Shown one piece after another: positions 37,656-48,465 of a DNA stretch of 64,000 nt (positions are counted from its first letter, which is position 1; every line of letters starts with the position of its first letter). The DNA is taken from NCBI GenBank assembly GCA_964649705.1, contig CAZYRM010000003.1:29850-93849 (forward strand). The letters run 5' to 3'. The stretch comes from an uncultured Planctomycetia bacterium (GTDB lineage: Bacteria > Planctomycetota > MHYJ01 > WSZJ01 > CAZYRM01). Position numbers and translations under genes: made by a program. Below the pieces are notes generated by a model. The model was not told where the DNA came from. It saw only the letters and a program-made list of their open reading frames with translations, and did no database searches.

Positions 37656-39567
37656 TCGACGTATCCACCGCCCTGTACTGCCTGGTCGCCGTCTCCCTGA
37701 ACTGCAGGTGGTACAGCTTCGAGTACAGCCCCATCCTGTCCAGCAGCTCCGCGTGCGTCCCGATCTCGACCACCATCCCCTTCTCCAGGACCAGGATCCG
37801 GTTCGCGTGCTGCACCGTCGACAGCCGGTGCGCGATCACCAGCACCGTCCGCCCTTCCATCAGCCGGTTCAGCGCCGCCTGAACGGCCTGCTCCGACTCG
37901 CTGTCGAGCGCGCTGGTCGCCTCGTCCAGCAGCAGCACCTGCGGGTCCCTGAGGATCGCCCTCGCGATCGCGATCCGCTGCCTCTGCCCGCCCGACAGCT
38001 TCGCCCCTCTCTCCCCCACGATCGAGCCGTATCCCTCCGGGAGCGTCACGATGAAGTCGTCGATGTTCGCCGCCTGGGCCGCGGCCCGCACCTCCTCCAT
38101 CGTCGCCTGGGGCCGCCCGTAGCGTATGTTCTCCTCGATCGTCGTGTGGAAGAGGAACGTGTCCTGCGACACGATGGCCAGCCGCGAGAGGAGCGACGGG
38201 CGGGCCATCCTCCGAAGGTCGACCCCGTCCACCTCGATCGCCCCTTCCGTGGGGTCGTAGTACCTCGCCATCAGGTCGAGGAGCGTCGACTTCCCCGCCC
38301 CCGTCGGCCCCACGATGGCGATCACCTCTCCCTGGCGGATCGAGATGCTGACGTCCTTCAGGACCGGCTCGTCCCGATAGGCGAACCCCACGCCCTTGAA
38401 CTCGATCCCGCGCGCGATGGGCGGGCACTCGACCGCGTCCCCGACGTCCTCGACCTCCGCGTGCGTGTCGAGCAGCTCGAACACGCGGTCGCACGCGGCG
38501 ACGGACTCCTGCAGGATGTTGAACGTCTTCGAAATCGTCTTGAGCTCGCGGTTCACGGCGACCCAGGCCAGCACGAATCCCGCGAACGATCCGCCCGTCA
38601 ACCCGAACTTGCGGTTGATGACGAGCCAGCCGCCGACCACGACCAGGCCCGCGATCCCCGCGGACTGCGCCAGTTCCAGGAACCCCGACGAGAGGGCCTT
38701 CGCCCGCACGAGCGACATGTGCCTCCGCACGAACTCTCGGCACCGCTCGTCGAACTGCGCGAGCATCCGCGACTCGAGCCGGAACGCCTTCACGACGCGG
38801 ATCCCGCCGAACATCTGGTTCATCGTCTCCGTCATCTCTCCCAGCCGGTCGAGCGTCTTGCGCTTCGAGACCTTCATCTTCTTGCCGAGCGCGTAGACGG
38901 GCAGCACGATGAGCGGCAGGAGGACGAACATCCCCACGGCGAGCTGCCACGAGTACCAGGCCGCGATGCCGATCCCGACGACGACCATCATCGGCTGCAG
39001 CACCAGGTCGCCGAAGAGCGCCGTCATCGCGCCCTGGACGACCGAGACGTCGTTCGTCACGCGCGAGATCAGGTCGCCCGCCTTCCGGTCGTGGAAGAAC
39101 TTGAGCGACAGCCCGAGCATGTGCCTGCACAGGTCGCGACGCAGGTCGATCATCGACCGGATCATGACCCACTTCTGGAGGAACTCCTGGGCGTAGTCCA
39201 GCAGGCCCAGCGGGATCGCCAGGGCAAGGCAGATCACGGCGAGCCGCTTCAGCACGTCCCAGGAGTCGCTGCCCGCCTGGGAGAGGAACACGCCGTCGAA
39301 CAGCGGCCGCACGAGCGCCAGCCGCCCCATGTAGCACGCGCTGTACGCCGCCATCGTGAACAGGCAGAGGAGAACGAGCATCTGGTACGGCAGCGCGTAC
39401 CGGTACAGGCGGGCGAGGGAGAAGACCCAGCCGAGCCTTCCGCGGTCTGCGAGGCGGCCGAGGCCCGCGGCGGCCAGCCGGACCGCTCCGTACAGCGCAG
39501 CGAACAGGGCGACGTCTACGGCGAGGACGAGGGCCCAATGCTCCCTGGCCCACAGGACGGCGCGCAT
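37639..39567 (-). CDS. ABC transporter permease/ATP-binding fusion (MsbA-like exporter)
   Basis: 6 TM helices then NBD with Walker A GPTGAGKST, signature LSGGQRQRIAIARA, Walker B LLLDEATSALD; start at MRAVLWAREHW. Confidence 0.85.
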   Translation of the reverse strand: MRAVLWAREHWALVLAVDVALFAALYGAVRLAAAGLGRLADRGRLGWVFSLARLYRYALPYQMLVLLCLFTMAAYSACYMGRLALVRPLFDGVFLSQAGSDSWDVLKRLAVICLALAIPLGLLDYAQEFLQKWVMIRSMIDLRRDLCRHMLGLSLKFFHDRKAGDLISRVTNDVSVVQGAMTALFGDLVLQPMMVVVGIGIAAWYSWQLAVGMFVLLPLIVLPVYALGKKMKVSKRKTLDRLGEMTETMNQMFGGIRVVKAFRLESRMLAQFDERCREFVRRHMSLVRAKALSSGFLELAQSAGIAGLVVVGGWLVINRKFGLTGGSFAGFVLAWVAVNRELKTISKTFNILQESVAACDRVFELLDTHAEVEDVGDAVECPPIARGIEFKGVGFAYRDEPVLKDVSISIRQGEVIAIVGPTGAGKSTLLDLMARYYDPTEGAIEVDGVDLRRMARPSLLSRLAIVSQDTFLFHTTIEENIRYGRPQATMEEVRAAAQAANIDDFIVTLPEGYGSIVGERGAKLSGGQRQRIAIARAILRDPQVLLLDEATSALDSESEQAVQAALNRLMEGRTVLVIAHRLSTVQHANRILVLEKGMVVEIGTHAELLDRMGLYSKLYHLQFRETATRQYRAVDTSKISDV

Positions 39568-39604
39568 CGCGGCGACGATTCGTTCCGTTTCCACGTGCCG
39601 GCGC

Positions 39605-42205
39605 TCACTCCGTCCTGTCGGCCGCCGCGACCGCCGCCTCGGCGGCGGTGGCCGGTTCGACCAGGGTCCGCGCCACGACGCAGCGGCGCATGTCCAGGTA
39701 GGCCCGCGCGACGCGGCGTACGTCCTCCGCGCCGACGGCCTCGACGCGGTCGAGGTACCGCCAGTAGTGCTCGTATCCCAGGCCGTACAGCTCGTCGAGG
39801 GCCATTCCCTGCGCCTGGTCCTGGTTCCGCTGGAGGTCGCCGATGCGCGACCCGACGAGCGAGTTCTTCGCCCGGGCCAGCTCGTCCTCGGGGATCGGTT
39901 CGCGAGCGAGCCGGGCCAGCTCGTCGGCGAGGCCGTCGAGGCAGGCATCGAACTTGTCGCGCGTCGTGCGGGTCATGAAGAGGAAGGCGCCGGGGTCGAG
40001 GTTGCTCGCCGCCACGCCGTGGACCTCGTACGCCAGGGCCTGCTCCTCGCGCAGGCGGACGAAGATCCGCCCGCCGAGCCCGGAGAGGAGCTGCTGGATC
40101 ACGTCGAGGACGTACCCGTCCGGGTGGCGGAACGACACGGTCGGGAACCCGACACACAGCGCCCCGAGGTTCTTCCCAGGAATCGTCTGCTCGACGTCGC
40201 TACGCTCCCCGATGCGCGGCTGGGAGGGCAGGACGGGCACGCCGACCGGGGACGCCGAGAGCCCCGCGAGGACCGTCGCGATCTTCGACTGCGCCTCCTC
40301 CACCGAGACGTCGCCCACGACGGCGACCACGGCGTTCGAGGAGCGGCACCACGCCGCGTGGAACGCGGCGAGGTCCTCGCGGCCGATCGCGCAGACCGTC
40401 TCCTCGCGGCCGAGCTGGGGACGACCGTAGGGGTGCTCGCCGTAGAGCGAGCGGTTGAGGAGGATCATGTCCTGCGTCATGGCGTCCTCCCTCTGCCTCG
40501 CGATGGCCGAGAGGGTGAGCCGGCGCACGAGCTCGATCTGGTCCGGGTCGAAGGCCGGCTCCGTGAGGCACTCGCCGAAGAGGCCGAGCGCGAGGTCGAG
40601 GTGCTCGGTGAGGCAGGTCACCTGGAGGCCGAAGCTGTTCTTCCCCGAGAACTGCTCGAGGCGCCCCCCGACGGACTCGATCGCCTCGTGCAGCTCCTCC
40701 GCGGTCCGGCGGCGCGTGCCGCGCGTCATCGCGGAGGCCATGAACGCGGAGACGCCCGCGCGGTCGGGCGGCTCGAACCGCACGCCTCCCAGGAACGCCG
40801 CGTACGCGGTGACGAGCGGGAGGGTCCGGTTCGGACGGACGAGCAGGGTCCCTCCGCCGGGCAGTGTGGACTTCGCGACGTCCGGCACGCGGACGCCGCC
40901 CGTCGGGGGGGGCTCGGACGCCGCGGCGAGGGTCGACCCGCCCACGGAGACCGAGGCGGACCGCGGGACGACGCTCGCGACGGTCAGCGTCTCCTCGGTC
41001 AGGTAGCGTCGCGCGGCGTCGAGGACCTGCTCGGGCCGGACCCGCCTGATACCGTCGACGTACAGGGCGTCGAAGGCGATGTTGTGGGCCAAGCACTCCC
41101 CCGTGCCGAGGCTCCGCGCCTGGGCCTCGACGCCCTGGCGGGAGTAGACGAAGTTCGCCAGGACCTGGTTCTTCGCGCGGTCGAGCTCCGCGGCCGTGAC
41201 CGGCTCGTCGCGCAGCCGGTAGGCCTCTTCGAGGACGACGTCGCACGTCTCTCGGAACCGGTCGGGCTCGATCCCGTCCGCCCAGACGTAGAAGGTGCCG
41301 GGGTCGAGCGGCGTGTCGCTGGAGGCGTCGATCGAGCTGACGAGCCTGCGCTTGTCCTTGACGATCCGCGCGAGGCGGCTGGCGCGCCCGTGGCCGAGGA
41401 CGAGGGAGAGGACATCGAGCGCGTAGAGGTCCGGGTGGGACACGGCGATGGTGGGCCACCCGAGCATGAGCTTGGTCTGGGGCGTGTCGGCCTCGCGGGA
41501 GGCCTCGCGGCGGCCGAGCTGCCGGGGCTCCCGCGGGAGCGTGATCGGCGGCCGCGGGCGACGCTCGAAGTCGGCGAACGAGCGCTCGACCCTCCTCGCC
41601 GCCTCGGACCCGTCGACGTCCCCGACGACGACGAAGATCATGTTGTTCGGGACGTACATGCGGCGGTAGTAGCGGACGAGGTCCTCGCGGCCGATCCGCT
41701 TGAACTGGTCGATGTACCCGCCCACGGGGATCCGGTAGGGATGGACCTGGTACGCGGTCGACTGGAACAGGTGGTAGAGGACCTGGTCCGGCGTGTCGAG
41801 GTCCTTCTCCAGCTCCTTGACGATGACCTCGGACTCCTTGGCCGTCTCCGCGGGGTCGAAGGCGGAGTTCTTCACGACGTCGGACAGGGCGTCGAGCGCG
41901 GGGTCGAGGTAGGGGGACCGGACGGTGCAGTAGAAGACGGTCCGGTCGTAGAAGGTGTAGGCGTTGAGGTCCCCTCCCGCGGCGCGGATCTCGTTGGCGA
42001 ACGCGCCGACGCCGCGCGTGGGGGTCCCCTTGAAGATCATGTGCTCGACGAAGTGGGAGATCCCGCAGCCGAGGAACTCCTCCTCGAAGATCGAGCCCGC
42101 GCGGAACCACGCCTGCAGCGTGACGATCGGCGCGGCGTGGTCCTCCTTCACGATGAAGACCATGCCGTTGTCGAGGTCCGCGCGCAGGGGCGCCTGGTCG
42201 GGCAT
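39605..42205 (-). CDS. M16 (pitrilysin) family zinc peptidase, tandem active + inactive halves
   Basis: Inverted zinc motif HFVEH in first half (GISHFVEHMIFKGT), second M16 pair lacks it; start MPDQAPL preceded by GGAG. Confidence 0.85.
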   Translation of the reverse strand: MPDQAPLRADLDNGMVFIVKEDHAAPIVTLQAWFRAGSIFEEEFLGCGISHFVEHMIFKGTPTRGVGAFANEIRAAGGDLNAYTFYDRTVFYCTVRSPYLDPALDALSDVVKNSAFDPAETAKESEVIVKELEKDLDTPDQVLYHLFQSTAYQVHPYRIPVGGYIDQFKRIGREDLVRYYRRMYVPNNMIFVVVGDVDGSEAARRVERSFADFERRPRPPITLPREPRQLGRREASREADTPQTKLMLGWPTIAVSHPDLYALDVLSLVLGHGRASRLARIVKDKRRLVSSIDASSDTPLDPGTFYVWADGIEPDRFRETCDVVLEEAYRLRDEPVTAAELDRAKNQVLANFVYSRQGVEAQARSLGTGECLAHNIAFDALYVDGIRRVRPEQVLDAARRYLTEETLTVASVVPRSASVSVGGSTLAAASEPPPTGGVRVPDVAKSTLPGGGTLLVRPNRTLPLVTAYAAFLGGVRFEPPDRAGVSAFMASAMTRGTRRRTAEELHEAIESVGGRLEQFSGKNSFGLQVTCLTEHLDLALGLFGECLTEPAFDPDQIELVRRLTLSAIARQREDAMTQDMILLNRSLYGEHPYGRPQLGREETVCAIGREDLAAFHAAWCRSSNAVVAVVGDVSVEEAQSKIATVLAGLSASPVGVPVLPSQPRIGERSDVEQTIPGKNLGALCVGFPTVSFRHPDGYVLDVIQQLLSGLGGRIFVRLREEQALAYEVHGVAASNLDPGAFLFMTRTTRDKFDACLDGLADELARLAREPIPEDELARAKNSLVGSRIGDLQRNQDQAQGMALDELYGLGYEHYWRYLDRVEAVGAEDVRRVARAYLDMRRCVVARTLVEPATAAEAAVAAADRTE

Positions 42206-42325
42206 CGAAGGCTCCTGGAACGCCGGCTGAGTCGGGCAGGATACCACGCCGGCGCCGCGTTCTGAACCTTTTGAGTTCGGCGGCGCTTCATGGTAGATCG
42301 ATCGGCCCGTTTGCCAGGAGTTCCC

Positions 42326-43609
42326 ATGCTCGACCTCGCCGTCATCCGCAAGGACCCCGACCGCGTGCGCGCGGCCGTGAAGAACAAGCACGAGAAGGCC
42401 GACGTCGACGCCATCCTCCGCGTCGACGAGGAGCGCCGCGCCCTGCAGACGAAGGTCGACGGCTTCCGCAAGGAGGTCAACGAGGGGTCGAAGCAGATCG
42501 GCCAGCTCGCCCGCCAGGGCCAGGACGTTTCGGAGCTGAAGGCTCGCATGCGGGCCCTCGGCGACGACGAGAAGGCCTCGGGCGCGCGCATGAAGGAGCT
42601 CGAGGACGAGCTCGAGCGCCTCCTCCTCTGGGTCCCGAATCTCCCCGCCTCGGACGTCCCGGTCGGCGAGGACGCCGCCGGCAACGCCGAGGTCGCGCGC
42701 TGGGGCGAGCGGAAGACGTTCGGCTTCGCCCCGAAGGCCCATTGGGACCTCGCGAAGGACCTCGGGATCATCGACTTCGAGCGCGGAGCGAGGCTGGCCG
42801 GCTCGGGCTTCATCCTCTACACGGGCCTCGGGGCCCGCCTCCAGCGCGCGCTCATCAACTTCATGATCGACCTCCACACGCGCGAGCACGGCTACACCGA
42901 GGTCTGGACCCCCGTCCTGGCCAACCGCGACGCCATGCGCGGGACGGGGCAGATCCCGAAGCTCGAAGACGACATGTACCGCCTGCAGAACGACGACCTC
43001 TTCCTCATCCCGACGGCCGAGGTCCCGATCACGAACATCTACCGCACCGAGATCCTCCCCGCCGACCGCATCCCGACGTACCTCACGGCGTACTCGGCCT
43101 GCTTCCGCCGCGAGGCGGGGGCGGCGGGACGCGACAACCGCGGCCTCGTGCGAATCCACCAGTTCGACAAGGTGGAGCTCGTCAAGCTCGCGCATCCCGA
43201 CAACTCGTACGTCGAGCTGGAGTCGCTCCTCGGAAACGCCCGCCGAGTGCTCGAGCTGCTCGGGATCGAGTACCGCGTGCTCAAGCTCTGCACCGGCGAC
43301 ATGAGCTTCGCCTCGGCGAAGACGTACGACATCGAGGCCTGGGCGCCGGGGCTCGACCGGTGGCTCGAGGTGTCGAGCTGCAGCAACTTCGAGGACTTCC
43401 AGGCGCGGCGGATGAACCTGCGCTTCCGTGACAAGGACGGCAAGACGCGCTTCGTCCACACGCTGAACGGCAGCGGCCTCGCGCTCCCGCGGACCGTGAT
43501 CTGCATCCTCGAGACCCACCAGCGGAGCGACGGAACGGTGGAGGTCCCGGCCCCGTTGCGCCCCTACATGGGCGTCGACGTGATCGCGCCCCCGGTGAAA
43601 ACGGCGTGA
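42326..43609 (+). CDS. serS: Serine--tRNA ligase
   Basis: N-terminal coiled-coil arm, class II motifs (FRREAG, GSGLALPRTVICILE); start MLDLAVIRKD. Confidence 0.9.
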   Translation: MLDLAVIRKDPDRVRAAVKNKHEKADVDAILRVDEERRALQTKVDGFRKEVNEGSKQIGQLARQGQDVSELKARMRALGDDEKASGARMKELEDELERLLLWVPNLPASDVPVGEDAAGNAEVARWGERKTFGFAPKAHWDLAKDLGIIDFERGARLAGSGFILYTGLGARLQRALINFMIDLHTREHGYTEVWTPVLANRDAMRGTGQIPKLEDDMYRLQNDDLFLIPTAEVPITNIYRTEILPADRIPTYLTAYSACFRREAGAAGRDNRGLVRIHQFDKVELVKLAHPDNSYVELESLLGNARRVLELLGIEYRVLKLCTGDMSFASAKTYDIEAWAPGLDRWLEVSSCSNFEDFQARRMNLRFRDKDGKTRFVHTLNGSGLALPRTVICILETHQRSDGTVEVPAPLRPYMGVDVIAPPVKTA

Positions 43610-43677
43610 CCGCCCCCCCCTCCGCCGGGGTACACTGAGGCCGTAGTCGCCCACTCGCCAGGGGGACATGCGTTCGC

Positions 43678-46600
43678 ATGGGGGACGGAGTCGAAAAGAC
43701 GCCGGAGTCGCTGGCCGCGCTCGTCTTCAAGGACGACCTGACCGGGCTCTACAACCGCCGCTACCTCTTCAAGTGGCTCAAGGCCGAGGTGAAGTGGGAC
43801 GCGAATGACGGGCCCCCGCTCTCGCTCCTCATGCTCGACCTCGACGACTTCAAGAAGATCAACGACACTCGAGGCCACCTCGCGGGGGACGACGCCCTCA
43901 GGCACTTCGCCAAGACCTTCTTCATCGGGCTCCGTCCGGGCGACGTCGGGATCCGCTACGCCGGCGACGAGTTCGCCATCCTGTGCCCGAACACGCCGAA
44001 GGCGGCCGCGGCCGAGGTCGGCCGCGCCTTCATCGAGCGTCTCGCCCGGTCCCCCTGGCCCCCCGACGCCTCGCGCCCGCTCCTCCTGAAGGCCAGCGCC
44101 GGGCTCGCCACCTTCCCCGAGGATGCGCACAGCCCCGAGGAGCTCGTCGAGCGGGCCGACGAGGCGCTCCTCCACGCCAAGCGGAAGGGGAAGAACATCC
44201 TCTCCATCCAGGGGCAGCTCGACGCGGCCCACCTCTCCGAGATCCGGGCGCTCGAGGGGATCCCCTGCCCCCGCTTCATCGGCCGCGCGGCGGAGGTCTC
44301 CCTCGTGGAGGAGTCGATCATCGGCGTGAGCGGCGGCCGCGCGGCGCTCCTCCTCCTCGACGGCGTCCCCGGCACGGGCAAGACGCGGCTCCTGGGGGAG
44401 ACGGTCCGGCGCGCCAAGGAGCTCGGCTGGACCTGCCTCCTCGAGCGCTGCAGCGAGTACGAGAGCGCCCTCCCGCTCCAGCCGCTCGTCGCGCTGGTGG
44501 AGCAGTACGTCCGGACGCACCCCGAGGATGCGATGCGCTTCTCGCGGGAGATCGCGGAGGAGCCCCTCGGCGTGCTCTCGGAGCACGTCCGCGTCCTCGA
44601 CGCGCCGCCGGACGCCGTCGCGCGCGCGAAGGCCCTCCCCGAGGCGACCCGGCGGAAGCACTTCTTCCACGCGCTCGCGCATTTCCTGACCTCGCTCGCA
44701 CGCGAGCACCCGGTCCTCATCGCGCTCGACGAGTTCCAGTTCGCCGACCTCGGCACGCTCGAGGTCGTGCGGCGGCTCGTGACGACCGAGTCCTGCCAGC
44801 TCCTCGTCGCGGCGGCGAGGCGGACCAACCCGGGGGAGCCGGCCGCGCCGGGGTTCGACCGCCTCCTCTCCGGACTCGAGGAGGCGGGCGCGCTCGCGCA
44901 CCTGGAGCTCGGCCCCTTCCAGGAGGCGGAGCTCATCGACTTCCTGACCGCCCTCCTGCCGGGCGCGGAGCAGGTCCCGACCCTGGCCGCCCTCCTCGCC
45001 CCGATGTGCCACGGGAACCCGCTGTTCCTCGAAGAGTGCCTGAAGATGCTCATCCTCCGGGGCGTCCTCAAGCGCGGAGTGGGCGGCTGGGCGATCGAGA
45101 CGCTGAAGAAAAAGGACCTGCCGGCGTCGCTCGATGAGGTGATCTGGAGCCGCCTGTCGACCCTGGACCCCGAGACCTCGCGCATCATGGCCGGCGCGGC
45201 CGTGATCGGCCCCAACTTCGCGCTCGACGTCCTGCAGGGACTGTCGGGGAAGAACCAGGGGGAGACGCAGGAGATGCTCGACCGCGCGGAGAAGGCGCGG
45301 ATCATCGCCCCGGACGCCGTCGGGGAGATGCGCTTCCTGAACCCGAGGATCCAGGAGGTCACCTACGGCCACCTCGACGCCGGGGAGCGGCGGACGCTGC
45401 AGGGGCAGGTCGGGCGGATCGAGGAGGCGCAGGGGGCCAATCCCGCCCGCCTGGCGGCCCGGTTCGAGCTCGCGGGGGACGAGGAGAAGGCGAAGAAGTA
45501 CCGTGCGCTGCGGGACGACGTCGCCAGAGCGCGCTTCTCCGACAGCGAGGCGAGGAACTACACGCGGCGCACGCGCTCCCTCCGCCGCCAGCGCGTGAAG
45601 GAGGCGGACAGCCCGCTCGACAAGGACGCGGAGGCCTCCGCCGCGAGCCTCCTTCGCACGCTCGTCCTGGCGGTGAAGTCGAGGAAGATGTACCCGGCGG
45701 GGAGCCAGATGGTCCTCCAGTCGCGCAAGGCGTTCCTCACGGTCGCGACCGAGGCCCTGTCGAGGATGGGGGCGATCACCGCCACCGCCGAGAAGGGGGT
45801 CCTCCACTTGAACGGCGCGGCCGCCGACGTGAAGGCGATGGGCGCGCTGGCGCAGGAGTCGATCGCCTTCCTCGAGGAGAGGCTGCTCAGGGGGATCACG
45901 CTCACACGGGACGCCTCGACGGAGGAGCTGGAGCGGCTCGTCGACCTGCTGCACGAGGTGAAACCCGAGGAGGCGCTCGACCCGACGTGGTGGGACGAGG
46001 CGCTCGATCGCCGCGGCATCGCGCACCTGGGCGCCCATCCGAGGGCCTACGTCGCGACGAACGAGATGGCGGCGGAGGTGAGCGTCGTGGACGCGATCGG
46101 GGCGTCGGTCCGCGAGGCGCTCCGCTCCCTGTGCGCCGCGGTGGACAACGCGAGGATGTACCCGCCGGGCAGTCAGATCATCGCCGGGTCCCTGGAGCAG
46201 CTCGCGAAGGCGCTCGAGGAGGCGCTCGCGCGCACCGAGCAGGTGGCCTTCGCCGACGTGGACGGCGCCCTCGTGGTGAACGGGGTCGCGGCGACGGCGC
46301 GGGTCTTCGGGACGACGGCGAGCCAGACGCTCAAGCTCCTGAAGGACCGCCAGCTCAAGAGCTGCGCCGTCCGCCGCGGGGCGACGCGGGACGAGGTCGT
46401 CGCCTTCGTCGAGGAGCTCGCCCAGTCTGCCGCGGAGGGGGCCGAGCTCAAGAAACGCCTCGCCGCGCGCGGCGTCACGCACGTGGAGGTCGGCGAGGCG
46501 CGCTTCGCCGCAGCCAGGGAGGGGGGCACGAAGCCGCCGGCCCCCCCGCCCCCGCCGACGCCGGCGGAGGGGGTCGCCGCGCAGGCGCGGAAGTGGATCG

Positions 46601-47802
46601 CGGGGAACCCCGCCGACCTGGCGTTGGAGCCGACTGCGAGCCGCGTGCCGGGCGTCTTCGAGCGGCTCTGGATCGAGGGGCACACCGAGCTGTTCCGGGA
46701 GCTGGCGGCCTTCCTGCCGAAGGGGCTCTCGTCGCCCGTGGAGGAGGTCCGCAAGCGGGTCTGCGCCGTCCTCGGCGCCTCGTGGGAGAAGGTCCGCGCC
46801 CTCGCCCCCGCGGAGTGGGTCGCGGTCATGGAGGGGCCGATCGCCGCGGCGCTGCAGGGGGAGAAGGGCGCGGGGGCCCAGGATGCCCTGGCCGACGTCG
46901 CGCTGCCCCTGCTGGAGGACCGAGCGGCCGCGCGAGCGTACGTGGTCGCGCGCAGGCTCCTCTGGGGCCTCGGCATCACCGCCGAGGGGACGAGCGTGCG
47001 CGCCCGCCCGGGGCTCGACCGCCGCCTCCGACAGCTTGCGGAGCGGACGATCGGCCCGGCGCTGCTCGCCGACCTCGGCGGAAGGGACGAGCAGGCGCGA
47101 CTCGACGCCCTCTCCTACGTGATGGGGCTCGGGCGCACGGCCTCGCTCGCGCTGGCGAAGGCGCTGGGCGACGCGGCGGACCGCACGACCCGCGAGACGC
47201 TCGCGCGGCAGGTCAGGACGCTCGGGAAGGAGGCCGTCGAGCTGATCCGCGCCGAGCTCTCGCCCTTCCAGGAGGCGGTGCGGGCGTCGCGCATCGGCGA
47301 GGTCCTGGATCAGTGGAGCCTCGCGCCGGCGGAGGACCTCGTGCTCGCCCTGGGGCACAAGGACCCGTCGGTGTGGGCGTCGGCCCTGGTGGCGGCGCGG
47401 AAGCTCCCGCGGCGCGACGCGGCGGACGGGCTCTCGCGCGCGGTCAACGGCACGAACCCCGCCGTGGCCGCGGGGGCGGCCCACGCGATCGGCGAGCTGC
47501 GCCTCGACGAAGGGCTCGACACGCTTCGGAACGCGCTGGGCCGCTGGCAGGATCCCCTCGTCCTCAAGGAGGTCTGCCTGGCCCTCGGGAAGCTCCGCGA
47601 CGCGAACTCCTCCACGGACCTGATCCGCCTGGCGACGAAGAAGGGGTTCCTCTGGTTCTCGAAGGGCCTCCCGGACGAGGTCCGCGCGGCGGCGGCCTGG
47701 GCGCTATGCGAGGTCTCGACGGTGGACGCCCAGGACGCGGTCGCGAGGCTGCAGAAGGACTCGAGCGTCGAAGTGCGGTCCGCGATCCACGTGCGAAGCT
47801 GA
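43678..47802 (+). CDS. GGDEF-domain (AGDEF variant) + P-loop ATPase (AAA16/STAND-like) + HEAT-repeat multidomain protein
   Basis: N-terminal diguanylate-cyclase fold (LTGLYNRRY...LLMLDLDDFKKIND...RYAGDEFAIL), Walker A GVPGTGKTRLLGE, long helical arm, C-terminal HEAT units. Confidence 0.8.
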   Translation: MGDGVEKTPESLAALVFKDDLTGLYNRRYLFKWLKAEVKWDANDGPPLSLLMLDLDDFKKINDTRGHLAGDDALRHFAKTFFIGLRPGDVGIRYAGDEFAILCPNTPKAAAAEVGRAFIERLARSPWPPDASRPLLLKASAGLATFPEDAHSPEELVERADEALLHAKRKGKNILSIQGQLDAAHLSEIRALEGIPCPRFIGRAAEVSLVEESIIGVSGGRAALLLLDGVPGTGKTRLLGETVRRAKELGWTCLLERCSEYESALPLQPLVALVEQYVRTHPEDAMRFSREIAEEPLGVLSEHVRVLDAPPDAVARAKALPEATRRKHFFHALAHFLTSLAREHPVLIALDEFQFADLGTLEVVRRLVTTESCQLLVAAARRTNPGEPAAPGFDRLLSGLEEAGALAHLELGPFQEAELIDFLTALLPGAEQVPTLAALLAPMCHGNPLFLEECLKMLILRGVLKRGVGGWAIETLKKKDLPASLDEVIWSRLSTLDPETSRIMAGAAVIGPNFALDVLQGLSGKNQGETQEMLDRAEKARIIAPDAVGEMRFLNPRIQEVTYGHLDAGERRTLQGQVGRIEEAQGANPARLAARFELAGDEEKAKKYRALRDDVARARFSDSEARNYTRRTRSLRRQRVKEADSPLDKDAEASAASLLRTLVLAVKSRKMYPAGSQMVLQSRKAFLTVATEALSRMGAITATAEKGVLHLNGAAADVKAMGALAQESIAFLEERLLRGITLTRDASTEELERLVDLLHEVKPEEALDPTWWDEALDRRGIAHLGAHPRAYVATNEMAAEVSVVDAIGASVREALRSLCAAVDNARMYPPGSQIIAGSLEQLAKALEEALARTEQVAFADVDGALVVNGVAATARVFGTTASQTLKLLKDRQLKSCAVRRGATRDEVVAFVEELAQSAAEGAELKKRLAARGVTHVEVGEARFAAAREGGTKPPAPPPPPTPAEGVAAQARKWIAGNPADLALEPTASRVPGVFERLWIEGHTELFRELAAFLPKGLSSPVEEVRKRVCAVLGASWEKVRALAPAEWVAVMEGPIAAALQGEKGAGAQDALADVALPLLEDRAAARAYVVARRLLWGLGITAEGTSVRARPGLDRRLRQLAERTIGPALLADLGGRDEQARLDALSYVMGLGRTASLALAKALGDAADRTTRETLARQVRTLGKEAVELIRAELSPFQEAVRASRIGEVLDQWSLAPAEDLVLALGHKDPSVWASALVAARKLPRRDAADGLSRAVNGTNPAVAAGAAHAIGELRLDEGLDTLRNALGRWQDPLVLKEVCLALGKLRDANSSTDLIRLATKKGFLWFSKGLPDEVRAAAAWALCEVSTVDAQDAVARLQKDSSVEVRSAIHVRS

Positions 47803-47805
47803 TCC

Positions 47806-47883
47806 GGGAATTCTCATTTATCAACCTCGCATTTATCAATACAGGCTCAATCCTCGAAGCCCCAACCGCAATTGAGAATTCCC
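47806..47883. promoter_or_regulatory. 11-bp perfect inverted repeat (gggaattctca / tgagaattccc) bracketing AT-rich segment with direct repeat catttatcaa x2
   Basis: Direct read of 100-bp AT-rich intergenic region upstream of 47903 ORF. Confidence 0.3.
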
Positions 47884-47902
47884 GCACCCCGGCCGATGAT
47901 CC

Positions 47903-48391
47903 ATGTGGAGGCAGTTCCACATGGCCAGCTTCTCCCGCCGTGCCCATCGCGACTACGAGCGCTCGAACGACGTCCTCGAGCTGACGATCGCCCCCGCGAC
48001 TGACGCGGTGGAGGCGGCCTCGCGGCTCGCGGGAGGGCTCGTCGCGAACGACCGTATCGCCGTAGAGGTCGCGAGCCAGGCGATCGTCTCGTCGCTCTGC
48101 CGCTCGCTCGGCGTGCGGGACCTCCCCGTCAAGGTCGGGTACAAGCGCCTGGTGCGGGGGCGCGTCCAGTTCTACGGGTTCTGCGGCAAGGACGGGTACA
48201 TGACCCTGTACTTCCGCACGGGGAAGACGAACAAGCCCGTCGCGCACAAGACCTACCTCAGGACGCTCGTCCACGAGCTGACTCACCACCTCGACTGGGT
48301 CCACCTGCGGCTCCTCCACTCCTTCCACACGAAGGGGTTCTACGGGCGCGTCCGGAGCCTCTACCAGGGCCTGCTGGACCCCCTGCCGTAG
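47903..48391 (+). CDS. Small putative zinc metallopeptidase (HExxH)
   Basis: HELTHHLD motif; SprT/DUF45-like size. Confidence 0.5.
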   Translation: MWRQFHMASFSRRAHRDYERSNDVLELTIAPATDAVEAASRLAGGLVANDRIAVEVASQAIVSSLCRSLGVRDLPVKVGYKRLVRGRVQFYGFCGKDGYMTLYFRTGKTNKPVAHKTYLRTLVHELTHHLDWVHLRLLHSFHTKGFYGRVRSLYQGLLDPLP

Positions 48392-48465
48392 CCGGAATTT
48401 CGCCTCTCACGACGCCGCCCCGGGCCGTACTACCCTCCCACATCCATCCAACAAGGGGGAACGCC

